Below, piece after piece: positions 23,511 through 35,535 of a DNA stretch of 64,000 bases. Within the stretch, counting starts at the first letter, position 1. Each line of letters begins with the position of its first letter. The stretch covers positions 62,001 to 126,000 of the forward strand of contig JAWMAR010002360.1 of the NCBI GenBank assembly GCA_036785375.1, read 5' to 3'. A model generated the notes under the pieces. That model did not search any database. It saw only the letters and a program-made list of their open reading frames with translations, and was not told the DNA's origin. The stretch is from Leucoraja ocellata. Lineage: Eukaryota. Position numbers and translations under genes: made by a program.

Positions 23511-25677
23511 TTCCCTACCATTTACCATGTACGTCCTATTTTGATTTGTCCTGCCAAGGTGTAGCACCTCACATTTATCAGCATTAAACTCCATCTGCCA
23601 TCTTTCAGCCCATTTTTCCAAATGGCCTAAATCACTCTGTAGACTTTGGAAATCCTCTTCATTATCCACAACACCCCCTATCTTGGTATCATCTGCATAC
23701 TTACTAATCCAATTTACCACACCTTCATCCAGATCATTGATGTACATGACAAACAACAAAGGACCCAACACAGATCCCTGAGGCACCCCACTAGTCACCT
23801 GCCTCCAACCCGATAAACAGCCATCCACCATTACCCTCTGGCTTCTCCCATTCAGCCACTGTTGAATCCATCTTGCTATTCCTGCATTTATACCCAACAG
23901 TTGAACCTTCTTAACCAACCTTCCATGAGGAACCTTGTCAAAGGCCTTACTAAAGTCCATATAGACAACATACACTGCTTTACCCTCGTCAATTTCCCTA
24001 GTAACCTCTTCAAAAAATTCAAGAAGATTAGTCAAACATGACCTTCCAGGCACAAATCCATGTTGACTGTTGCTAATCAGACCCTGTTTATCTAGATGCT
24101 TATATATATTGTCTCTAAGTATCTTTTCCATTAATTTGCCCACCACTGAAGTCAAACTAACAGGTCTATAATTGCTACGTTTACTCTTAGAACCCTTTTT
24201 AAACAATGGAACAACATGCGCAGTACGCCAATCCTCGGGGACTATTCCCGTTTCTAATGACATTTGAAATATTTCTGTCATAGCCCCGGCTATTTCTACA
24301 CTAACTTCCCTCAATGTCCTAGGGAATATCCTGTCAGGACCTGGAGACTTATCCACTTTTATATTTTTCAAAAGTGTCAGTACTTCATTTACTTTGAAAC
24401 TCATAGTATCCATAGCTACTCTACTAGTTTCCCTTACCTCACATAATTCAATATCCTTCTCCTTGGTGAATACCGAAGAAAAAAAATTGTTCAATATCTC
24501 CCCCATCTCTTTTGGCTCTGCAGATAGCTGTCCACTCTGTCTCTCCAATGGACCAATTTTATCCCTCCTTATCCTTTTGCTATTAATATAGCTATAGAAA
24601 CCCTTTGGATTGACTTTCACCTTACTTGCCAAAGCAACCTCATATCTTCTTTTAGCTTTTCTAATTTCTTTCTTAAGATTCTTTTTACATTCCTTATACT
24701 CCTCAAGCACCTCGTTTACTTCATGCTGCCTATAATTATTGTAGATCTCCCTCTTTTTCCGAACAAGATGTCCAATTTCCCTTGAAAACCAGGGCTCTTT
24801 CCAATTTTTACTGTTTCCTTTCAACCGAACAGGAACATAAAGATTCTGTACTCTTAAAATGTCCCCTTTAAATGTCCTCCATTTCTCTTCTACATCTTTC
24901 CCATAAAACAAAATGTCCCAGTTCATTCCTTTTAAATCATCTCGCATCGCATCAAAGTTAGCCTTTCTCCAATCAAAAATCTCAACCCTAGGTCCAGTTC
25001 TGACCCTCTCCATAGTTATATTGAAACTAATGGTATTGTGATCACTGGACCCGAAGTGCTCCCCAACGCATACCTCCGCCACCTGTCCAGTCTCATTTCC
25101 TAACAGGAGGTCCAGCACTGCCCCTCCTCTAGTAGGTACCTCTATGTATTGCTGCAAAAAACTATCCTGCACACATTTTACAAACTCCAACCCATCCAGC
25201 CCATTTACAGAATGTGTATCCCAGTCTATGTGTGGAAAGTTGAAATCTCCCACAATCACTACCTTGTGCTTACTACTAATCTCTGCTATCTCCTTACATA
25301 TTTGCTCTTCCAATTCTCGTTCCCCGTTTGGCGGTCTATAATACACCCCTATAAGTGTTGCTACACCTTTCCCACTTCTCAATTCCACCCAAATAGCCTC
25401 CCTAGATGAGCCCTCCAATCTATCCTGCCAAAGCACTGCTGTAATATCCCTGACTAGCAATGCAACACCTCCACCTCTTGCCCCTCCAATTCTATCACAC
25501 CTGAAGCAACGAAATCCTGGAATATTTAGTTTCCAATCACAGCCCTCCTGCAACCACGTTTCACTGATCGCCACAACATCATACTTCCAGGTGTCTATCC
25601 AGACTCTAAGCTCATCCTCCTTTCTTACAATGCTCCTAGCATTAAAATATGCACATTTAAGAAAACCCCCGTCTCTT
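23511..25677 (-). mobile_element. CR1 LINE family B ORF2 (APE endonuclease + RT), lacking both ends
   Basis: AISETWL, YYRPP, GDFN, SDH, YADD in ORF 23478-25574; near-identical to parts of 53060-53943. Confidence 0.92.
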
Positions 25678-26883
25678 GTTCTTGGCCCTTTTCCGTTAGC
25701 CTGCGGACTCTTTGACCTCTTTGTGGCTTTTGTGAGGAAGTGTGGATATCATCTCCACTGCCTTTGGTCGTTTGTGGTTGTGGGTCTGGGCAGTGCTGTT
25801 TCATGTCATCACCTTCATCATCTTCTCTGTCACTTTCAGGGGAAAGCTCAAACTTGGTTTACTTTAGTTTGGTTTAAATCTAATATTTTCTTATGTTGAG
25901 TAAGTACCTAATTAATAAATAATTTTTATAGTGTTATCAACTTAAATCACTATGAGTGATAATTAGACAAATAATCTATCAACTCTTCCACAGGTAAGTT
26001 ACATATGCATTAAACACTTGTTAAGTAACAGAAATGCACCTTTAAATTACTATGAGTACTGCATGTTTTAACAGGATTTTTACAGTGTAACCATCAATAA
26101 ACAAATTCTCAATATCAACACAGTGTGAGTATCAATGGTCTTCAATAAGGAAAGGTAAGTAAACAACATAAATGAAATGCACATTATATTTCAGTCTCTT
26201 GTGCAAAACACTTAAAGTCCGTTAGTTGTAGAAAATAACAACATCAACTTATTAAATGAAAATGTAGATAATATATCAGTCTCTTGTGCAAAACACGAGT
26301 TTTCTTAACAGCAATATTCACACTAGGGGCACCTGGGCCTTCCTGTGGGCTTGATCTGCTTGTGTTTCGGCGTAGGCGGTGGTAGAAGATACACACGCAG
26401 CATGGATATGGTTCGTCTCTTCTCGGCTGCTGCCGTCTGGTGACGTCCTCCTCGGCTACTCATTCAGAGCAGTCGAGTTCTCACTGTAGCTCCCACGTAG
26501 TACACGAGGCCCGAGGTCGTGGTTAAATACGGGGTTTATTTTCGGCTCCAACCAACCCGTGAGAACTGAGCCAAAAACAAGGCAACAAAAAACAAAAACA
26601 AACAAAATAAAAATGCAGTTTACAAAATACATGCATGTACGTCCATACAGAACACAACACCACACTAACCAAGCAAATAAACAACATACCTCGTCCACTG
26701 CTTACTACTTAAGAGGTATTTCTTGGTTTCTTCTTAGTCATGGCTTCTGTGTGTGCCAACAACCGTGCCCCCCGGAAACTAAGTCGGCAATTAGTTCCCC
26801 CCTTAGGAACACTACTATTTCAGGTAGGAACCAAAAACCGTGAGGTTCAGAATTTAACTAACTGCCGATGTGGGGCAGTTACA
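25678..26883 (-). mobile_element. Inverted 5' end of the BEL/Pao element: LTR (26485-26883), leader and first 42 gag codons
   Basis: Reverse complement of 4495-5701; flanked by AACCA (reverse complement TGGTT). Confidence 0.95.
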
Positions 26884-27150
26884 AACCAAATGGAGAACTC
26901 GTGAACAAAGTGCAAGAATTCATGAACCAAGTGGTGAACTCATGAACCAAGCGCGATAATTCATGAACCAAACGGAGAACTACTGAACCAAGTCGGTCAT
27001 TAATGAACCGAATGGAGAATTTGTGAACCAAGTGGGAAAATAATTAAACAATCCAAGTAATTAATGAACATAATTGTGATCTCATGACCGAAGTGGGAGA
27101 ATTCATTAACTTATCAGCTAACTAAACAAACGGGAGAATTCATGAAGTAG
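26884..27150. repeat. Degenerate 20-21 bp minisatellite with TGAACCAA core
   Basis: TGAACCAA or variants recur every 20-21 bp. Confidence 0.8.
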
Positions 27151-27581
27151 CCAAGTAACAGACATTCGGTGCGCTGTCAGATCTGGGAGAATACATTAAC
27201 CAAGGGGTTTAGGGTTGAGGTCAGGGGTAAGGGGGGGTTAATTTTAGGCTTTGGTGTATGATTAATATTTGGCTTAACATTGCAGACCTCTACGCAGGCC
27301 TGCAGTGCAGTGCATCACCACACGGTGGGAGTGTTGACCACTAGATGGGCGGGTCTGCAGTGCAGTGGATTACCACACGGTGGCAGTGTTGACTCAGATG
27401 CCAACGTTTGTAGAAGCCCTGAAACCAGTTAAGATTTGGGATGAAAGTCAAGGATTTGCAGATGTTGGTTGGAATTACAGCGGGTCGGGCAGCATCTCTG
27501 TAGAACATGGATAGGTGACATTTCACCACAGGAACCTTCACATTTCACTAAAATAAATACATTAAGACTAACTAAAATATA

Positions 27582-27840
27582 GGTAGCACAGTTGTAGAGT
27601 TGATGTCTGGCAGTAGCAGTGACCTGGGTTTGACCCTGATCTCTGGTGCTGTCTGCACAGAATTTGTATGCTCTATCTGTGACCACAGAGATTTCCTCTG
27701 GATGTTTGCTTTCCTCCCACATACCAAAGATGTGCAGGTTTGTAAGTTAGTCGGCTTCTGTAAATTGTCCCTAATGTAGGTTAGGTATGGGTGATTGCTG
27801 GTCAGCATGGACTAAGTGGGCTATCTCTCCAAACTAGAAA
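27582..27840 (+). mobile_element. tRNA-derived V-SINE (HE1-like), decayed
   Basis: A/B-box-like head (GGTAGCACAGTTGTAGAG...GGGTTTGACCCTG) and V-domain-like TTTCCTCCCACATACCAAAGATGTGCAGG. Confidence 0.7.
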
Positions 27841-27950
27841 CCACTGAATGGGCTGGATTAATACATTGTAATTGGCTTAAAATTAAGGCCATGAATATTA
27901 CACTATAACTTTAGCACTAATTTAACCAGGGAATATAACTAGGTCTAAAC

Positions 27951-28691
27951 AGTGCTGGAGGTACTCAGTGGGTCAGGCACCATCTGTCTGACACAAAGTG
28001 GATGGACAGACATTTTGGGTCAGGAACCTTCTTCAGACTGATGGAATAGGTCAGAGAAAGTGGGGAGAGAGAAGGGAGCAGGACAAAGCCTGGTGAGTGA
28101 CAGGTGGATACAGGTGAGGGGGTGGTTGGCAGATGGATGGAGTAGTGACAGAGGCTGGAGGTGAAAAGGACATAAAGGTTGTCAGATAAGGAGATGAGAG
28201 CATTGAAATGCTAAGCCAGAGAGATGGATATGGGTGCAAGGGGAAGGAGGAAAATATAAGATTCAGGAATGAGAGATGAGCGTACAGAAGGGTAGGAGCA
28301 GTGACTGAGTTGTTGGGGAAGTGTGGACACCAGGGTGGGGGTGCAGGGTAAGATGGGAGTTTCCATCAGTATACTCATCTCCCTCTCAAAGTGCCACATT
28401 TCCCTTTTACCCCCTTCAGCCCCACCCTGTCCCAATACACCTGTATATCTCCCTCAAGCTTTACATTTCACAGCTCCTCGCCTTCTGAAACATTCTTACC
28501 TCTCCATCTCCAGCCGTTGTCACTTACTCCACAATCAACCCCTCACCTTATCCACCCATCACTTGCTAAGCATTGCCTCACCTTACCTCACTTTCCCACC
28601 TTTCCCTCACTCCAGTCTGAAGGATTACAAACAGATACATCTATCCATTTGCTCCACAGATGCTGCCTGGCCCACCAAGTTCCTCCAGCTC
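27951..28691. mobile_element. Fold-back element made of two inverted Penelope-like termini
   Basis: GTGCTGGAGGTACTCAGTGGGTCAGGCACCATCTG at left, approximate reverse complement at 28657-28691; purine-rich then pyrimidine-rich arms. Confidence 0.6.
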
Positions 28692-28699
28692 TCAAAATT

Positions 28700-29372
28700 C
28701 ACTTTTAAAACAGCCAAAGAACATTTTAAATATTTGGGAATTGAAATCAATAGAAAATATCAAGCTATGTATAACGCTAATTATAGTCCCTTACTTAAGA
28801 AATTAAATACTTTAATTAAATTCTGGAAAACGCTTCCTATGTCTTTAATAGGTCGAATAAATGCTATAAAATTATCTTTATACCACAGATTCTATACCTA
28901 TTTCAATCAATCCCTATATATCTACCAAAAAAGTTTTTTTTTAAACTGGACTCAGACATTATAACATTTTATATGGGACTATAAATCCCACAGAATACTA
29001 ATAACTCACTTGAGCAAAACTAAAGAATTGTGTGGTTTAACACTTCCTAAATGTATGTACTATTACTGGGCAGTAAATGTCAAAAATATGATCCACCTGC
29101 TGGACAATTCTGCCCAGCAGGTGGATTGGATTATAATGGAGTGAGAGGACTGCTCCCCTTGTAATATTGGAGCGACTCTCCTCTCACCAATCAACTTGAG
29201 TAACACTAATTATAATAAAAATCCAATTATACACAGTACAATTAGAACCTGGAAACAAATAAAACATAACCTAACATTAAGAAATCTATCTCTGTTATCT
29301 CCAATAGTTAATAACCCACCGTTTAAACCCTCTATTATAGATAAATCATTTACACAATGGGACAGAATAGGA
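28700..29372 (+). mobile_element. L1/Tx1-type LINE ORF2 fragment (post-RT region), decayed
   Basis: FKYLGI...W..LPMSLIGRINAIK, then a GL.LP...YYWA-like segment. Confidence 0.75.
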
Positions 29373-29373
29373 A

Positions 29374-32300
29374 TTTTACTTCGGAGTCACGTGAGTGACC
29401 ACGTGAAGATGGCCGTCCAGGCGCATGCGGGTCACCTTGTCAGACGCATTGCGCTGCCACCGCGGTAGGAGGTGTGGAACCTCTAAGCGGTGAGTGAAGG
29501 AAAACATGGACGTAAGTCTTTTCTACTTCTACTTTCAGGCTGCTTTTCTTCGGAGACTGCGTGCAGAGACACGGGCAAGTCTTATGTATGGAGAAAGGTG
29601 GGAGGAAGAATAGTGAGCGCATCGCAGTAAGCACTCAATAAGACAACGTGTCTGAGAGTAGCGGGCGCCTGACTAAAAAGTCGATTGTAAAGAAATTACT
29701 ATTTTACACGGGAGGGGAAAAGTCCCGTTGAAACTTCCATAGGGAGCAAGGCCATAAAGAAATAACAGACCTGGAAGACTATGAGGAGTCTGAACTATAG
29801 AATTTATAAACTGGAATTCCTCAAGGGTAAAACTAACTCCAGAAGGAGTATAAAAGACATGGGCTTAAAGAGCAACCGCATGGAACACCCAGAAGAGGTT
29901 CTGGGAAACGTTGGCCCAGATTTGAGCCAGCGACCAAAATGCCTGATGATAAAGATGAATATATGGGCTGACCTGACACGGAGGCAGCACCAGAAATGTC
30001 TGAAAGACAATACAGGCGTTGGTCTACAGGAGACACAGAATATGGAGCAGCACCCAAAAGTGGGCTGTCAATATACAGCTCAAATGAAGAGCTTGATGTA
30101 GCCAAAGAGGGACAAAAAAGCATCGCCCTATATTAGAGCCATCGCATGAAATACCTGATGATGAATATCCAAGTGAAACCCATTATGAGGAGGAATATCC
30201 AGAATACTCTGATAATGAACCAGTTGAGGGCCAGAACCCAAAGCAAAAAAGAAAAATGCCAGGGCTGGCCCAAAAGGTATATAGTCCCAGACACAAGGGA
30301 CAACCTCTTCCAGAGGAAATAGCAGAGAGTATAAATTACCTGCTTTCCCATCAATCACAAGATGCAACAATGGATGAAGTTATGAACAAATATGAAATCC
30401 CGCAGACCTGTGCTCTGCTTGGAGTGCCAGCTGTTAACAAAGAAGTGTGGAAGTATATGGGCATTGTAGTAAGAGCTCAAGAAATGAGATTACAGCGGGA
30501 ATTAAGATTGATTGGGTCAAATATTACGGCATTTGTCAAAGATCTGGAAGAAGGAAATGTGACAATGGCACAACAGGATGTAATGGGAATGATGTGTAAT
30601 GCACATTTTGAAATAAACTGTATTTGTAAAACTGCGTTAAGACCTAACATACATCCTAAGTTTGCAGGGCTCCGTAAACCATCTAATATACAATTGCCAA
30701 ATGTACTCTTTGGAGAAGAGCTTGCCAAATAACTAAAGGTTCTCAATGAAGAATCAAAAACCATCGGGATGATGAAACCACCGATGTTTGCAGCACAGCT
30801 AGAAGGCAATATCCATACCGAAGGGGAACTGGTGATTGAACAAGTCGCTCTGACTCACGTACAAGATATGGACATACAACCCCAGGACGTGGAGGTCATG
30901 GTATTTCCACAAGGGGCAATGTACAAAAAGTCACACCAGTAAACTCTGAGGTAGGTGGCTCTGGTTCTGAAAGAAACATATCAGATGTATCCTACTTACA
31001 AGTTGGGGGTAGGTTACAATTATTTTTAAAAGAATGGAAACTAATAACATCTGATGCATATATACTGTGCAGAATTATGGGGTTTAGAATTTAATTTTAC
31101 CAGAATTAAAATCCACCTACACAACATATTCCAAAAATAATATATTCCTGCTCTAAAGAAGAGATGATAAGAATTAAAATAAAAATTGAGATTTGGAGTA
31201 AAAAAGGGGTAATAGAGAAAACAACTTATCAAAACCATCACTTTGTATCTAGTATTTTCTCTAGAACAAAAAAGGATTGGGGGTACTAGAATCATTTTGG
31301 ACCTCACAAGTCTTAACTCTTTTGTGCAGTATAAACATTTCAAATGGAGACTTGTACTAATGCTTTGCAATTAATTTCAACAGAATGCTATATGGCAAGC
31401 ATTGATCTCCAAGATGCACATAATTCTGTTGTGGTGCATGTGCAACATCACAGATATTTGAAATGTGTCTGGATGTCTCAAATGTGGCAGTTTAAAGCCC
31501 CAGATTGTTTACAAAACTGTTGAAGTCAATTTTAGCATTGTTAAGAACTCAAGGCCATTTGATAATGGCTTATTTGGATGACATTTTAATTGTGGGAGAT
31601 ACTGAAGCCATGACAGCAGCTTCTGTTTTAAAAAGTAAACCTCACATTTCAAAGAATGGGATTTGTCATTCATTCAGAGATATCCAGACTGACACCTAAC
31701 AAAATAATTGATTACTTGGGGTTCACTATTGATTCAGAACACAAGACAGTGAGCTTACCCAAGGACAAAAAGTTGCAAGTGATTAAGGGTTGTAAGGAGT
31801 TAATTGCAGGCAAACAACCATCAATCAGTCAAGTAGCAAATCTAATTCGCAAGTTAATTGCTTCATTTCCAGCTGTTCAGTTTGGACCACTGCATTATCA
31901 GACAGCTGCAGTGCGCAAAGATATCAGTATTGGGAAGACATGCTGGACGTTACGATAGGCCTATACAACTAACTAACACAGCAATTGAGGATATAAAATG
32001 GTGGATTAAAAATATGGATTACTCTTACAGGAAAATTCTGATTGAATCACACACTACCATTTTATAAACAGATGCAAGTGCACTGGAATGGGGAGCTGCG
32101 GATGCCATCTCAAGCTGTGGAGGTAGATGGAATGCAGAGGAAGAACCTTTGCTCGAGACATATGGCATAAATTATCTTTAATTACTAAGTGTATTGGTTC
32201 ACGAAGCCCGTCGATTTAAAAGTACTGATGTTCGAGGTGCACAATTTGCGGGTGAATTTGTTGATGTGAATCGGTGTACTGGTTCACGATGCCCGTCGAT

Positions 32301-32550
32301 TTGCTACGGGTCCAGTCATTGCTACACTGGATAGAATGATCATATCTGTGGGCTATAATAACATGTTTTGTTATGATTAGTCAAGCAGAGTAGACAGGGA
32401 CACAGACCAAACTAGATGTTGCATATCTCATGGACCTTGGGTTGCGTGTGATCATGCATCTACACAAGTATGTCAAGGTCCCTAAGAGCATCATAGACTC
32501 TGACTAGCAATATTGTTAGTTACATAAACCTCGTTAGAAGGAATCACTAC
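29374..32550 (+). mobile_element. DIRS-like retrotransposon 1, decayed: terminus, gag, RT, RNase H and a tyrosine-recombinase remnant (~32305-32545)
   Basis: TTTTAC terminus; gag VPAVN..VW; VGGRL..F...W; AYLDDILI; YLGF; TDAS..WG; LVKQSR...AY remnant. Confidence 0.8.
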
Positions 32551-32614
32551 GAACGTTCAGCAGTACGCCAATCCTCGGGGACTATTCCCGTAGCTCCAGA
32601 TGGACTATTCCCGT

Positions 32615-34718
32615 ACGGTTTGGGGCATGCTGCATGGGTGGCAGTGAGCCAGCAAATTCTATTTGGAACCCATCTATACTGTGCAGTCTGAACAAGTCAG
32701 ATGTTACCCACCACCACTCATGCAAAAAGAAACGTAATCTCCCACCAACATGCGTTAGACCCACAACCCAAATGTTACATAGTGAACCAGACCCACCTAC
32801 CTCCGTGTTAGTTGGATTCTGGATCGTTATTTCCTTCCCCGATGTTTGGGGATTTGAGGTGCTGGTATGCGCCATCTGCGCATCTTGGCTGTCGGCCGGT
32901 TCGGGCCATGTCCTAATAAAGAGTTCCTGCCGGTTCTTTCAGTCCTCGAGCTGAAGGTGGTTCCCACAGACAGTCTAGTGCTGGTCGAGGCATACGGGTG
33001 CTGGCGTTGAAACGATGACTGTCTGTTTGCTGGTGGAGTCCAAAGTAGCCCCACAGCCTTCGACTCGTCGTCCTGATCCTTCACCTGTCTGGATAGGTGT
33101 TCTCCAAACAGTAAATAGGGCGGCTGCACATTACTGGACTTGTACAACCCTGCAAACTTGGGGTTGAGAACAGGACGAATGGCATTCTTGCAAAAGCAAT
33201 TCATTTCAAATTGTGCATTACACAACAATGCCATTGCGTCCCGTTGAGCCTCAGATAATGCACAGCTCTCCACCGACCTGGCCACAGCTCTCCACCGACC
33301 TGGCCACAGCTGTCCACCGACCTGGCCACTGCTGTCCACCGACCTGGCCACTGCTGTCCACCGACCTGGCCACAGCTGTCCACCGACCTGGCCACAGCTG
33401 TCCACCGACCTGGCCACAGCTGTCCACCGACCTGGCCACTGCTGTCCACCGACCTGTCCACCGACCTGGCCACAGCTGTCCACAGACCTGGCCACTGCTG
33501 TCCACAGACCTGGCCACTGCTGTCCACCGACCTGGCCACAGCTGTCCACCGACCTGGCCACTGCTGTCCACCGACCTGGCCACCGACCTGGCCACTGCTG
33601 TCCACCGACCTGTCCACCGACCTGGCCACTGCTGTCCACCGACCTGGCCACTGCTGTCCACCGACCTGGCCACAGCTGTCCACCGACCTGGCCACAGCTC
33701 TCCACCGACCTGGCCACTGCTGGCCACCGACCTGGCCACTGCTGGCCACCGACCTGGCCACTGCTGTCCACCGACCTGGCCACTGCTGTCCACCCCGATG
33801 CCAGCAGATTCAGGATTCTCTGTAATTTGACCTCTTGGGCCAATGTAGCTCCAGATGGAACTGTTCACCGCCGGTACCTTGAGGGAGGCGCAGTTGCTGG
33901 GCGCATGGTACCTCATGGCTGTCTCCATCATCACCTGCTCTTGAAGCTGGTGGCAAGCAAGGTAATTAATGCTGGCCGCCAGCTCTTCATCCAGCGGCTC
34001 CCCAACCAGCTACGGCATTGCAAACTTGGAGACAATGGTTGGCACATGCACATCTCGCGGGTCCCTTATCGAACGTTCTCCCCGCATCTCAGTGCAATGC
34101 GAGTCCGCCCAGGACTGGTGGTCTACACTCCCATCCTTGGATGGGGAGACATAATGCAGCCCTGCACCAGGCGCTGCTGTGGGCCCCCGAGACCCGCTGT
34201 GATATGAATCCCGACCGAGGAGCATATCATGTTGGAGTATCTTCTCCATAAGATGCTCCACTCGGGAAAGGCGTCCGTCAACGCTCCCCGTAGGAGGAGG
34301 CGAACCCTCCCGGCCGGACTCATCCGAGTCAACCGGCCTGTTGGACTTGTCCTTCCCGACCCACAGGGTAGCCACAGTGCTCTCCATGGGCACCGAGCCC
34401 GAAGTCGCTGGCTGCGCTGTCAGCGACTGCGATGGTGAAACAGAATGCCGCCCGCTGACCGCACTCCCGCGGTCTTCCGAAGCGGTTCTCCTTGCGAGAC
34501 TTCACCCTCGCCTTATCCATGATGTTCTTGCTGTAACAAGACAGAAGACAAAACGACCACTGACTAAGTTCAAGAACTTACCTGGAGGTCTTTTGAAACT
34601 TACCGCTGGTGAAGCGACGCGCTTGCCAGCCAGTCAGAGCGTCATGCGTTAGACAGAATGACGCGCATGCGGGCTGACGGGGTCTTCACGTATTCATTCA
34701 CGTGACCCCAAAGTAAAA
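32615..34718 (-). mobile_element. DIRS-like retrotransposon 2 (different subfamily), 5' part: terminus, gag, start of RT
   Basis: Related TTTTAC...CACGTG terminus on minus; LKVPAVNSSIW, CNAQFEMN, VGGRLRFFLHEW. Confidence 0.8.
33261..33793. repeat. 22-bp minisatellite (CCACCGACCTGGCCACTGCTGT) within DIRS gag
   Basis: About two dozen units with interspersed 12-bp partial units. Confidence 0.95.
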
Positions 34719-34719
34719 T

Positions 34720-35535
34720 GGGGATAAATATGAGGTTATCCACTTTGGTAACAACAACAGTAAGGCAGATTATTATCTAAATGTTATCAAGTTGGGAAAA
34801 GGGGAAGTACAACGGGATCCGGGGATCCTTCCTTGTTCATCAGTCAATTAAAGTAAGCATGCAGGTACAGCAGGCAGTGAAGAAAGCGAATGGCATGTTG
34901 GCCTTTATAACAAGAGGAGTTGAGTATAGGAGCAAACAGGTCCTTCTGCAGTTGTACAGGGCCCTAGTGAGACCACACCTGGAGTATTGTGTGCAGTTTT
35001 GGTCCCCTGATTTGAGAAAGAACATTCTTGCTATTGAGGGAGTGCAACATAGGTTTACAAGGTTAATTCCTGGGATGGCACTGTGATATACTGAGAGAAT
35101 GGAGCAGCTGGGCTTGTACACTCTGGAATTTAGAAGGATGAGAGGATATCTTATTGAAACCCTGAATAATCTTATCAGATTATTACAGGTTTGGACACGT
35201 GAGAGGCAGTAAACATGTTCCCGATGTTGGGGGAGTCCAGAACCAGGGGCCACAGTTTAAGAATAAGGGGTAAGCCATTTAGAACGGAGATGAGGAAACA
35301 CTTTTTCACACAGAGAGTTGTGAGTGTGGAATTCTCTGCCTCAGTGGGCAATGGAGGCCGTTTATCTGGATGTTTTTAAGAGCGAGCTTGATAGGGCTCT
35401 TAAAGATAGTGGTCGGGTAATATGGGGAGAAGGCAGGAACTGATTGGGGATGATCAGCCATGATCACGTTGAACAGCGGTGCTGGCTTGAGGGCCGAATG
35501 GCCTACTCCTGCACCTAATGTCTATTGTGTCCATT
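34720..35535 (+). mobile_element. CR1 3' fragment, decayed
   Basis: [17 protein letters not shown] and CR1 3' UTR. Confidence 0.85.

Noticed and set aside
25620-25804. Possible Gag-CR1 ORF2 fusion driven by the inverted LTR
   Set aside because: The gag ATG at 25804 gives 42 codons plus 1 nt before the junction, is out of frame with CR1 ORF2 and hits TAA shortly after.
26884-27150. CRISPR-like repeat-spacer appearance
   Set aside because: 20-21 bp period with related 'spacers' in a vertebrate context: a decayed minisatellite.
29374-34718. A single DIRS element with inverted terminal repeats
   Set aside because: The ends are diverged and each leads into its own gag on opposite strands.
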